Positions 10,035 to 18,477 of a stretch of DNA of 64,000 nucleotides are shown here, piece by piece. The notes under the pieces are model-generated. The model saw only the letters and a list, made by a program, of their open reading frames with translations, did no database searches and was not told where the DNA came from. Location: the NCBI GenBank assembly GCA_910578075.1, contig CAJTPK010000002.1:46479-110478 (forward strand). The letters run 5' to 3'. A program made the position numbers and the translations under genes. This DNA comes from an uncultured Muribaculaceae bacterium. GTDB taxonomy: Bacteria; Bacteroidota; Bacteroidia; Bacteroidales; Muribaculaceae. Positions within the stretch are counted from its first letter, which is position 1. Each line of letters begins with the position of its first letter.

Positions 10035-10634
10035 CTATAGAATGTTGAGGTGGCGGAAGAGTCGGGCGTAGTATTCGGCTTTCTGTTCCACCGGGAGGGG
10101 GTATGCACGGCTTGTGGATGGCATTCGCCAGATTTCAAGCTTCTCCCCGTCAATGCGATATTCCGGAACGGAGAGAATGGTCGAAGTCATTTCTCCCATT
10201 TTAGGAATATCTGTATCTGTTAGCTCCGCTACGATGCCGGCGGCCTTTTCCCCCGTGGTAGCTACAGATTTGCAGTCAGGCATTTCTGATAACAGCTCGA
10301 ATAAAGGCACTGGTTCCACAACCTCAAGAAATTTGTCGCTGGCATTACCTTTAAGTCTTCTCGCTTTTCTTACCGTATCGTTGAGAGCTATGTGTTTTTC
10401 CCGCATCAGACTCTTTATCTTGTCGAGGTCATAGCTTTTCTTATTGTCAGAAAGCAAAGCGTCTTTGTCACCGAGAAAAAGGAGTCCGCAGACTTTCCAA
10501 AAGTCGTTTGTACGGTTGGGATAGTAGAAATCCATGCTCCAGCGTTTTGCTTGCGGAGGAAAAGTGCCCATTATCAGCACTCTTGCCCCTTCTGGAATAA
10601 ACGGGGGCCAGGGATGGGATTCTATCTCAATCAT
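10035..10634 (-). CDS. Uracil-DNA glycosylase superfamily protein (DNA-deoxyinosine/hypoxanthine glycosylase-like)
   Basis: 199 aa. The N-terminal VLIMGTFPPQAKRWSMDFYYPNRTNDFWKV pattern is typical of the UDG family 6-like group. Confidence 0.7.
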   Translation of the reverse strand: MIEIESHPWPPFIPEGARVLIMGTFPPQAKRWSMDFYYPNRTNDFWKVCGLLFLGDKDALLSDNKKSYDLDKIKSLMREKHIALNDTVRKARRLKGNASDKFLEVVEPVPLFELLSEMPDCKSVATTGEKAAGIVAELTDTDIPKMGEMTSTILSVPEYRIDGEKLEIWRMPSTSRAYPLPVEQKAEYYARLFRHLNIL

Positions 10635-11835
10635 TGGCCATCGCGCTTACCACGGTGCGTGCGAATTCGCGCACTTCCTCGCGGGTTGATTCAGATGCAG
10701 ACTGCTTCACGATCATGGATGCTGTCACCGGGAGTTTCATGCGGTCGGCAAAATCTTTGAGTTTGGCTGTCACGGCTCCGGCAGCCCATGTGTAGTTGCC
10801 GAACGTGGCGAATACCTTGTTTTTGATTTCGCGAGTCTCCATTGCGTTCATGAATGTTTCGACCGGCGGGAACAGGCGCATGGAATATGTAGCAGATCCA
10901 ACGATGAGAGTTTCGTAACGGAAAGCGTCATTTATGATGTCGCTCATGTTGGAGTGTGATGCATTGTGGATGATGATACGCTTTATGCCAAGGGCGGAGA
11001 TTTCACGCGCTATCATTTCTGCCACTTCAGCCGTGTTGCCATACATCGATCCGTATACAATCACAACGCCCCGTTCGCTTTTGTAGGATGCAAGCCTTGA
11101 CACTATATCCACAACTTCAGGAATCTTATCGCACCATACCGGACCATGTGTTGAGCAGATATATGAGAATTTCAATCCTGAAAGTTTTTCAAGGGCTTTT
11201 TCAACGAATCTGCCGTATTTCCCTACAATATTGGAGTAATAACGGTACATCTCGTTAATGAATACATCCGTTTCCATATCCTTGTCAGTCACGCCTCCGT
11301 TCAATGCTCCGAATGTTCCGAAAGCATCTCCTGAGAACAATACCTCCCTTTCTTCAACGTATGTCATCATGGTTTCAGGCCAATGCACCATCGGAGTAAG
11401 ATAAAATCTGAGAGTCATGTCTCCGAGCGGGAGCGTGTCGCCATCCTTGATCTCAAGGAATCTTTCATCTGAATCTATGTGATAGAATCCTTTGATCATG
11501 TCTATGGTTTTCGAATTGCCGACAATCCGGATGTCAGGGTAAGCTCTTACGATTTCCGGGATAGAGCCGGAATGGTCGGGCTCCATATGGTTGATGACAA
11601 GGTAATCGATCCGGCGGTTTCCGGCGATTGCATCTATATTATTGAAATATTCGCGCACTTCCTCTATGCAGACAGTGTCAATTAGAGCCACTTTCTCAGC
11701 TCCCGCTACGATATATGAATTGTAGCTTACTCCATAGGGCAGAGGCCACAGAGCCTCGAACTTATGTTTGACCCTGTCATTGACACCCACATAGAAAATG
11801 TCTTTCGTGATTTCCTGAATGTTCATAATATGCAT
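10627..11835 (-). CDS. Flavodiiron protein (FprA-type; metallo-beta-lactamase plus flavodoxin domains)
   Basis: 402 aa with the di-iron ligand motif INHMEPDHSGS and a C-terminal flavodoxin-like VVIVYGSMYGNTAEVA. Confidence 0.85.
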   Translation of the reverse strand: MHIMNIQEITKDIFYVGVNDRVKHKFEALWPLPYGVSYNSYIVAGAEKVALIDTVCIEEVREYFNNIDAIAGNRRIDYLVINHMEPDHSGSIPEIVRAYPDIRIVGNSKTIDMIKGFYHIDSDERFLEIKDGDTLPLGDMTLRFYLTPMVHWPETMMTYVEEREVLFSGDAFGTFGALNGGVTDKDMETDVFINEMYRYYSNIVGKYGRFVEKALEKLSGLKFSYICSTHGPVWCDKIPEVVDIVSRLASYKSERGVVIVYGSMYGNTAEVAEMIAREISALGIKRIIIHNASHSNMSDIINDAFRYETLIVGSATYSMRLFPPVETFMNAMETREIKNKVFATFGNYTWAAGAVTAKLKDFADRMKLPVTASMIVKQSASESTREEVREFARTVVSAMAND

Positions 11836-11836
11836 T

Positions 11837-12028
11837 GAAGTTGTTTAAACTAATTTACGAAACATAAAATGAAGCAGAAACTATTTCTTTTATTAACCTT
11901 TGCGGATCTTTTTGGCCGTTTTTGCCCCACTCATCAGCACCAACCGATAGGTTGCTGCCTCTTCGAGTGTCAAAACCGCCTCAAAAATATCTCGCAAATG
12001 TTAATAAAAAATTAGTTTAAACAACTTC
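11837..12028. repeat. MITE-like palindromic repeat, family A, copy 1
   Basis: Terminal inverted repeats gaagttgtttaaactaatt ... aattagtttaaacaacttc. About 190 bp and highly similar to 18010-18193. The left end starts 1 nt from the flavodiiron start codon. Confidence 0.8.
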
Positions 12029-12068
12029 ATTTCTATCTATGATTACGCAAAATTAATGAATTTCTTTG

Positions 12069-12076
12069 TAATTTTG
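12069..12076 (+). promoter_or_regulatory. Bacteroidetes-type -7 promoter box (TAATTTTG)
   Basis: Matches the TAnnTTTG consensus and lies 67 nt upstream of the ATG at 12143. Confidence 0.4.
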
Positions 12077-12142
12077 CACATGAAATTGAACTCATTCTCC
12101 GAAAGTATTATAAGGGTTCAGAAATTGTTCGATTATATAACA

Positions 12143-12520
12143 ATGAAAACAGCATTAATTACTATTCTCCTTCTTGTAATTTCCAATGTATTCATGACAT
12201 TCGCATGGTATGGTCATCTCAGGTTAAGCAATGCGGGAATATCGAAAAATTGGCCGTTGGTGGTGGTTATACTTCTTTCATGGGGTGTTGCCTTGCTGGA
12301 ATATTGTTTCATGATTCCGGCAAACAAAATGGGATTCCGGGATAATGGCGGACCATTCACGTTATTCCAGCTGAAGATAATACAGGAGGTAATCACACTT
12401 ACGGTTTTCACGATAATCGCGATGCTTTGTTTTCAGGGGCAGAAGTTTCAATGGAATCATGCGGCATCATATCTATGCCTTGTGGCAGCTGTGGTGTTCG
12501 CCTTTTTACCCAATAAATAA
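12143..12520 (+). CDS. DMT-superfamily small membrane protein (DUF486-like)
   Basis: MKTALITILLLVISNVFMTFAWYGHLRL... with 4 TM helices. I chose the ATG at 12143, downstream of the promoter box, over the track start at 12056. Confidence 0.7.
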   Translation: MKTALITILLLVISNVFMTFAWYGHLRLSNAGISKNWPLVVVILLSWGVALLEYCFMIPANKMGFRDNGGPFTLFQLKIIQEVITLTVFTIIAMLCFQGQKFQWNHAASYLCLVAAVVFAFLPNK

Positions 12521-12523
12521 AAA

Positions 12524-13456
12524 ATGAGTGATTTTAAGATAGACATAGCTCCTGTGCAGGGGCACACAGATGCGGCATGGCGCCATTTCCATCAGGAGAT
12601 ATATGGAGGAGCGCACGACTATTACACCCCTTTTATACGTCTTGAGAAGGGTGAGTTCCGCAAACATGATCTTAAGGATTTTCTTTCTGATCTGAATGCT
12701 AACCATTCGGTTGTGCCGCAGGTGATATTCCGGGATATGACGGAGCTTAAGCCGCTTATAGATGGTCTTGTATCCCAGGGAGCAAAACGTATTGATTTGA
12801 ATACGGGTTGTCCTTTCCCTCTTCAGACAGCCAAGGGCCGTGGTGCCGGATTTATAGCAAATTCAGAAGAGTATCATAAAATCCCTGCTTTGCTTGCTGA
12901 ATATCCGGAGGTCTCTTTCTCGCTTAAAATGCGTCTTGGCTTTGCAGATCCTGACGAATGGCGTCAGGTTGTGGATGCTATAGCAGACATGCCGTTGTGT
13001 CATGTCACTCTTCATCCCCGTGTGGCACGACAGCAATATGGCGGAGACCTATATTTAGACAGATTCTCTGACTTTATTAAGGAATGCGGCCATCCTGTTA
13101 TTTTCAATGGTGAGATAAAGACTCCGGGTGATATATCCGATATTCAGGTAAGATACCCGGAAATCGCAGGGGTTATGACAGCCCGCGGTGTGCTCGGCCG
13201 TCCCTCACTTGTAGCAGAGTATGAAGAGGGGCGTGAATGGAGCAGAGAGGAGAGAATCGGAAAGATGCTGAGATTCCATAGGGAGTTGCTATGCCACTAC
13301 GAAAATTCACTTTGTGGAGATTCCCAGATACTTTCAAAGATAAAACCATTTTGGGAATATGCCGAGACGGAAATCGGTCGCAAAGCCTGGAAAGCTATTC
13401 GTAAGGCATCAAATATGGCGAAATACCATTCGGCCGTAGCGATGGTGGAGCAATAG
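12524..13456 (+). CDS. tRNA-dihydrouridine synthase (Dus family)
   Basis: 310 aa with APVQGHTD near the N-terminus and the catalytic-Cys motif IDLNTGCP. Confidence 0.85.
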   Translation: MSDFKIDIAPVQGHTDAAWRHFHQEIYGGAHDYYTPFIRLEKGEFRKHDLKDFLSDLNANHSVVPQVIFRDMTELKPLIDGLVSQGAKRIDLNTGCPFPLQTAKGRGAGFIANSEEYHKIPALLAEYPEVSFSLKMRLGFADPDEWRQVVDAIADMPLCHVTLHPRVARQQYGGDLYLDRFSDFIKECGHPVIFNGEIKTPGDISDIQVRYPEIAGVMTARGVLGRPSLVAEYEEGREWSREERIGKMLRFHRELLCHYENSLCGDSQILSKIKPFWEYAETEIGRKAWKAIRKASNMAKYHSAVAMVEQ

Positions 13457-13552
13457 TATTGTTTATTAGGCTGAAAACAAATGTGCATTTGTGTAAACAA
13501 ATGTCATAATTGATGGTTACTATAATAAACAGTATATTAAAATTATATAATT

Positions 13553-13909
13553 ATGACATTTGGACAATCTATAAGCACGTGCTTTTCAAAGTACTGCACA
13601 TTTACAGGTCGAGCATCGCGCAGTGAATACTGGTGGTGGTTTCTTTTTACGTTCATCATCGGTTGTCTCTTCGGTATTCCGTCGGGTATTACCGCCGTTC
13701 ATGAATCTGCCGGTTCCGGATTACCGGTGATTTCTTACATAGTGTCGGCAATTCTGTTTCTGCCAAGTCTGGGGGTATTGATGCGCCGTCTGCATGATAC
13801 CGGTAAAAGCGGCTGGTGGTGGTTGATCGGCTTTATTCCGGTGCTGGGCACTATCGTGCTTATCATATTCCTTTGCCACCTACGACGGTATCTGCTTCAA
13901 CGTTCTTAG
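13553..13909 (+). CDS. DUF805-family inner-membrane protein
   Basis: GRASRSEYWWWFLF ... MRRLHDTGKSGWWWLI motifs. The 3' end overlaps the convergent acetyltransferase by 47 nt. Confidence 0.7.
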   Translation: MTFGQSISTCFSKYCTFTGRASRSEYWWWFLFTFIIGCLFGIPSGITAVHESAGSGLPVISYIVSAILFLPSLGVLMRRLHDTGKSGWWWLIGFIPVLGTIVLIIFLCHLRRYLLQRS

Positions 13910-14414
13910 TGACGACACTGCCGGCGCCAACAACCGCGTTGTCACCTATTGTCACGCCCGGTAATATAGTGGCGTTTCCTCCAATCCATACATTATTTCC
14001 AATGGTAACAGGTTCTGCCCATTGTACACGAGTATTTCTCGGTTCAGCTTCTATAGGATGGCATGCAGTGTAAATATTGACATTGGGACCGATGAAAACA
14101 TTATCACCAATTGACACCTTCGCCTCATCTAAGATTGTCAAATTGTAATTGGCAAAGAAATTATTGCCGATGGAGATATTGCATCCGTAGTCGCATCTGA
14201 ATGGTTGGTTGATATGGAACTCGTCACCGCAATTCTCAACTATTTCCCGGAATAATGCTTTCAGTCGTGCTACATTGGTCGGATCCATATTATTAAATTC
14301 CCATAGTTTGGAGCGGGTAGCCTCGAGTCTCCTTAAAAATTCCGGATGTACTGCGTCATAAACTTCGCCATTGAGCATTTTCGCCCATTCTCTCTCGAAC
14401 ATATCCATAATCAA
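13863..14414 (-). CDS. Maltose/galactoside O-acetyltransferase-like (left-handed beta-helix)
   Basis: 183 aa with an N-terminal Mac-like MLNGEVYD and hexapeptide repeats (IGDNVFIGPNVNI, IGNNVWIGGNATILPGVTIGDNAVVGAGSVV). Confidence 0.85.
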   Translation of the reverse strand: MIMDMFEREWAKMLNGEVYDAVHPEFLRRLEATRSKLWEFNNMDPTNVARLKALFREIVENCGDEFHINQPFRCDYGCNISIGNNFFANYNLTILDEAKVSIGDNVFIGPNVNIYTACHPIEAEPRNTRVQWAEPVTIGNNVWIGGNATILPGVTIGDNAVVGAGSVVTKNVEADTVVGGKGI

Positions 14415-14459
14415 TCAATAATTTGTAATCAGTTGCAAAATTACAACAAATCATCGTTT

Positions 14460-14560
14460 CTACAACCATATCCCACTAACCATTGATAACCAATCACTGG
14501 TTATTTCTCAACCATTAAAACCAATTGAAACCATTCAAAAGCTTCGCTTTTTTGTTTGAC
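14460..14560. repeat. Partial family C 'AACCATT' repeat (one arm, inverted relative to 5567-5738)
   Basis: gaaaccattcaaaagcttcgctttt is the reverse complement of the core aaaagcgaagcttttgaatggtt at 5646-5668. AACCAT-type motifs flank it. Confidence 0.55.
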
Positions 14561-14572
14561 AAAAGGGTATTG

Positions 14573-15018
14573 ACCAGAGATCCAAAGAACCATAGCATAG
14601 ATGCCTATTATCATTGGTCACAGTTCCATAGTGCCATACATTGACACTATGTTTCTGCGACGAAAGCTCGAAGAGCTGGAATAATTGTAACCCCACATCG
14701 AGATGGATGAGGAACGAAATCCATCGATGGTGTGGGGTTGGCTATCGCGACGGAACATGGCTTCGAAGAAGTCGATCAAAAACAGTGTACACGATAATTG
14801 GTCGACTTCTTCGAAGCCGTCAGCCGCCTCCTGGGTACCCCAAACCTTCGCGGGGCTGCGTTCCTTGCCCGGCTCGATGTGGGGTTACAATTATTCCAGC
14901 TCTTCGAGCTTTCGTCGCAGAAACGCAGCGTCAGTGTATGGTTATTCAGTGTATGGTTATATGGATCTAAGGTCTATAATAACCAACGTCTATGCTATGG
15001 CTGTGGGACTCTCTGGTC
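14573..15018. repeat. ~446-bp nested palindromic element (MITE-like or large structured RNA)
   Basis: Outer imperfect IR gaccagaga...ccatagcataga / tctatgctatgg...tctctggtc. Perfect 52-bp IR at 14651-14702 / 14873-14924. Inner hairpins at 14703-14724 and 14757-14820. Confidence 0.8.
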
Positions 15019-15105
15019 TACACATTTAGCGTCGGGGATGTCTGGTAACGTTGATAAAGGTATTTTTTTAGGTGATTTTGGTAAAGATGAGGAAAAATTG
15101 TTTTG

Positions 15106-15113
15106 TAATTTTG
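15106..15113 (+). promoter_or_regulatory. Bacteroidetes-type -7 promoter box (TAATTTTG)
   Basis: Matches TAnnTTTG and lies 34 nt upstream of the ATG at 15147. Confidence 0.4.
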
Positions 15114-15146
15114 TTATTATAAATATCGTAAATTATTTAAAGAAAT

Positions 15147-16907
15147 ATGAATATAAAAGATATTAAGAGTCCTGCCGATATCAGGAATCTGTCTGTATCG
15201 GAGTTGAGACTATTATGTCATGATTTGCGTGAAGCGTTGCTTCATAAACTGAGTGTTCATGGTGGTCATATAGGTCCGAATCTTGGAATGGTCGAGGCTG
15301 CGGTGGCATTGCATTATGTATTTGATACACCCAAAGACAAGATCGTGTTTGATGTCTCGCATCAGACATATGTCCATAAAATGTTGACCGGAAGAATAAA
15401 TGCTTTCCTTGACGAAGCCCATTACGATGATGTAACGGGATATACTAATCCCGGTGAGAGCGAGTATGACCTCTTTACCATAGGACACACATCTACGGCT
15501 GTAAGTCTCGCGGGAGGACTTGCCAAGGCAAGAGACTTGCGAGGCGGAAGCGAGAATGTAGTGGCTCTCGTAGGTGACGGTTCGCTCAGTGGCGGTGAGG
15601 CATTCGAAGGACTTGACTTCGGTGCTACACTCGATTCTAATTTCATTGTTGTTGTAAACGATAATGACATGTCGATTGCGGAGAATCATGGTGGTTTGTA
15701 TGAAAGCCTGCGTCAACTGCGTGAGACAGACGGTCAGTCAGAACCCAATTATTTCAAGTCGCTTGGATTTGATTATAAGTATGTGGCATATGGTAATGAT
15801 GTGGATGAGCTTATTAAGGCATTTGAAGGTGTGAAGGATATCAAGCATCCTGTCGTTGTGCATATCAATACGCAGAAGGGTAAAGGATACGCTCCCGCTG
15901 AGGCAGACAGGGAGACATTCCACTATGGAAGCCCCTTTGACATCCCGACCGGGCATCCGACGCATATAGACGAGACACCCGACTATGGAGATGTAACGGC
16001 GCGGCATCTTCTTCAGATGATGCACAAAGATTCAACCGTAGCGGCTATAACGGCAGGTACACCGGGTGTGTTTGGTTTTGATCCCGAAAGACGCAAACAG
16101 GCGGGCAACCAGTTTATAGATGTAGGAATTGCCGAGCAGGAGGCTGTGGCGTTGGCATCAGGTATGGCGAAGGGTGGTGCAAAACCTTTCTTCGGAGTCG
16201 TGAGTTCGTTTGTTCAACGGGCATATGATCAGCTTTCGCAGGATGTTGCAATCAACAATACACCGGTAGTTATAGGATTGTTTTATGCCACTATGTATGG
16301 CATGAACGATGTGACGCATCTCGGATGGTTTGATATAGCTCTTATCAGTAATATTCCGGGATTTGTTTATCTTGCCCCGACTTGCAAGGAGGAGTATCTC
16401 GCCATGCTTGACTGGGCTATGGCTCAGAATGAGCACCCTGTGGCAATCCGCATTCCCGGCACTGCTGTAGTTGAAACCGGCAGGACATTCCCTACAGATT
16501 ATTCTGATCTAAATAAATATAGTATTGACCGCAGGGGTAAGGATATGGCTATAATAGGAGCCGGAGCTTTTTACGGGCTTGGTGAGAAAGTGGTGGCTAT
16601 GCTCGTGGAAAAAGGTTTTGAGCCGACTTTGATAAATCCCCGCTATCTCAGTGGCGTTGATGAGGATTTGCTCAGAGATCTGGAGAAAGATCACAGACTT
16701 GTTGTCACGCTTGAAGATGGGGTGCTCGATGGAGGGTTTGGTGAAAAGATTGCCGGATTCTATGGTTTGACCCCCATGAAGGTGAAATGTTATGGACTGC
16801 GTAAAGAGTTTGCCGACCGTTATGATTATGGTGCACTTGCAGAAGCTAACCGTCTTAACCCATCGCTGATAACAGAAGATATTGAAAGAATTCTTAGTGA
16901 AAAATAA
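15147..16907 (+). CDS. 1-deoxy-D-xylulose-5-phosphate synthase family (transketolase-like) protein, short divergent form
   Basis: 586 aa with GGHIGPNLGMVE, DVSHQTYVHKMLTGR and the ThDP motif LVGDGSLSGGEAFEGL...NDN. Pyrimidine-binding and C-terminal domains are present. Confidence 0.75.
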   Translation: MNIKDIKSPADIRNLSVSELRLLCHDLREALLHKLSVHGGHIGPNLGMVEAAVALHYVFDTPKDKIVFDVSHQTYVHKMLTGRINAFLDEAHYDDVTGYTNPGESEYDLFTIGHTSTAVSLAGGLAKARDLRGGSENVVALVGDGSLSGGEAFEGLDFGATLDSNFIVVVNDNDMSIAENHGGLYESLRQLRETDGQSEPNYFKSLGFDYKYVAYGNDVDELIKAFEGVKDIKHPVVVHINTQKGKGYAPAEADRETFHYGSPFDIPTGHPTHIDETPDYGDVTARHLLQMMHKDSTVAAITAGTPGVFGFDPERRKQAGNQFIDVGIAEQEAVALASGMAKGGAKPFFGVVSSFVQRAYDQLSQDVAINNTPVVIGLFYATMYGMNDVTHLGWFDIALISNIPGFVYLAPTCKEEYLAMLDWAMAQNEHPVAIRIPGTAVVETGRTFPTDYSDLNKYSIDRRGKDMAIIGAGAFYGLGEKVVAMLVEKGFEPTLINPRYLSGVDEDLLRDLEKDHRLVVTLEDGVLDGGFGEKIAGFYGLTPMKVKCYGLRKEFADRYDYGALAEANRLNPSLITEDIERILSEK

Positions 16908-16943
16908 GATATCAAGATCCGGCACCTGTATATAATTAATATA

Positions 16944-16988
16944 AAAATACTCCCTGCGAACGATAGCGGCTTCGCAGGGAGTATTTTT
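16944..16988. terminator. Bidirectional rho-independent terminator between convergent genes
   Basis: aaaaatactccctgcgaa-cgatagcggc-ttcgcagggagtattttt: a 12-bp GC-rich stem flanked by A and T runs. Confidence 0.7.
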
Positions 16989-17970
16989 AAGGGTGATATG
17001 GTTTTACAATCTTAAGTTTGTCGCCTGACGTATCGACTTCAAAAAAATGCGGGATACGTAGATAATATCCGTTGATATCCTTATGACTGTGGCAAGCCAT
17101 GATTTTACGACCTTTAAAATCGGTGAAAATCATTCCATGCCCGAAATCGGGCGGTGTAATAGGTTCAGCCTCCTGAATCCATGGTCCGTCAAGTGTTCCG
17201 CTCTTTGAGTAAGCTACGCCCTGGGTGTAGACATTATAAATCCAGCTTGTCCATATCATGCCTAATTTCCCTGTTGCGGTCTTGAAGACGTATGGACCGT
17301 CTGTCACTCTGTTCGGACATATTTCCCCGTTTAGCTTCTCTCTGCTCCAGGGAGAGTCACTTGCTTTAAAGAGTATTTTACCCGAACCTGTTGTTGATGC
17401 GAAATCAGGGGTGAGTTCAATTTTTTCAACGGTTCCATTATCGTTCTGTATCCATTCATGGCAATAAATCATGTATGGCTTGCTGTCTTCATCTATCCAT
17501 AAAGTGGCATCAAGTGTCGGCTTATCCTCCGGTAGATAGTTCGCCTTGGAAATCGGTTTGTATGGCCCCTCCGGATTATCGCTTTCAAGGATATGACATG
17601 CCCTGCGTTCAATTTTTCGACCTTGTACTGTGTCGATGATGACATCTCGGTTGGTGAATGTGGCGAAATAATAGTATTTACCGTTGTGCTTGTGGATTTC
17701 GGCGGCCCATATCATCGGATTTGCTCCCATCCATGAATTCGGGTCTATTTCCACCACATTGTACGGACCCGCCCAGTTGGCAAGATCCGGGCTTTTCCAT
17801 AGTTGTCCACCGGTGCCTGTCATATAATATATTCCGGATGCCTTGTCGGCAAGAACAAACGGGTCGCTGAGGCGTATCGAATCTGTTGGAACAGGATAGA
17901 CGTCAGCACCGTTGGCAAAAGTGGATAATGCCATAAGAACGCTACTGAAAATGGTAAAAAATGGTCTCAT
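16987..17970 (-). CDS. Glycoside hydrolase family 43-like secreted protein
   Basis: 327 aa with a signal peptide, SDPFVLAD (catalytic Asp region), WAAEIHKHNGKYYYF and DATLWIDEDSKPYMIY. Confidence 0.8.
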   Translation of the reverse strand: MRPFFTIFSSVLMALSTFANGADVYPVPTDSIRLSDPFVLADKASGIYYMTGTGGQLWKSPDLANWAGPYNVVEIDPNSWMGANPMIWAAEIHKHNGKYYYFATFTNRDVIIDTVQGRKIERRACHILESDNPEGPYKPISKANYLPEDKPTLDATLWIDEDSKPYMIYCHEWIQNDNGTVEKIELTPDFASTTGSGKILFKASDSPWSREKLNGEICPNRVTDGPYVFKTATGKLGMIWTSWIYNVYTQGVAYSKSGTLDGPWIQEAEPITPPDFGHGMIFTDFKGRKIMACHSHKDINGYYLRIPHFFEVDTSGDKLKIVKPYHP

Positions 17971-18009
17971 AACTAATGAAGTTGTCTATACTTATTTAGG
18001 AAGTTGTTT

Positions 18010-18193
18010 AAACTAATTTACGAAACTTTAAAATGAAGTATGAACAATTTCTTTTATTAACCTTTGCGGATCTTTTTGGTCGCTTTGGTCTCTCTCATCG
18101 GCGCCAACCATTAGGTTGCTGCCTCTTCGAGTGTCAAAATCGACTCAAAAATATCTCGCAAATGTTAATAAAAAATTAGTTTAAACAAACTTC
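18010..18193. repeat. MITE-like palindromic repeat, family A, copy 2
   Basis: Same TIRs and the same internal blocks (ttattaacctttgcggatcttttt ... ggttgctgcctcttcgagtgtcaaaa ... aaaaatatctcgcaaatgttaataa) as 11837-12028. Confidence 0.8.
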
Positions 18194-18465
18194 TGTGTAG
18201 TTATAGCATTTTTTATTATTGGGGCTCCCTTTAAGCACCCATCTTTACTGAATGCGAAGATAGCCATTTTCGATGGATTTTACAATAGCATCTGACATTT
18301 GGGGATTGTTGTCATTTGAGCCATATAAGAATAGGGGATTATTGACAAAGATACTCATATTTATCTCAAAAAACAGAAGTGGAATGCCTCAAAAAAACGA
18401 AACGACCATCCTTGAAAGCTGAGTGTGATTTTGGGGTTACCATTGTGTACATCAGGATTTTTTGA

Positions 18466-18473
18466 TAATTTTG
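18466..18473 (+). promoter_or_regulatory. Bacteroidetes-type -7 promoter box (TAATTTTG), implies a very short or absent leader
   Basis: Matches TAnnTTTG and ends 4 nt before the ATG at 18478. Confidence 0.35.
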
Positions 18474-18477
18474 CTAT

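Noticed and set aside
13863-13909. The 47-nt convergent overlap of the DUF805 and acetyltransferase 3' ends could reflect a deletion fusing two gene ends.
   Set aside because: Both products have normal family lengths (about 118 and 183 aa) and intact C-terminal motifs. Overlap of convergent ends is unusual but not evidence of damage.
14651-14924. The 52-bp perfect inverted repeats flanking 170 bp upstream of a gene could be a Bacteroides-style invertible promoter (inverton).
   Set aside because: Neither orientation of the interior has a TAnnTTTG box. The interior looks GC-rich and is itself palindromic. The IRs are much longer than I recall for typical inverton IRs. No invertase or recombinase is in the window. 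It cannot be fully excluded without read-orientation data.
14641-15166. Three overlapping plus-strand ORFs (108-122 aa) lie in the 14.6-15.2 kb spacer.
   Set aside because: They run through the palindromic element. Their compositions are mirror-image, Arg/Ser/Pro-rich and low in complexity, and they have no plausible starts. I treat them as non-coding.
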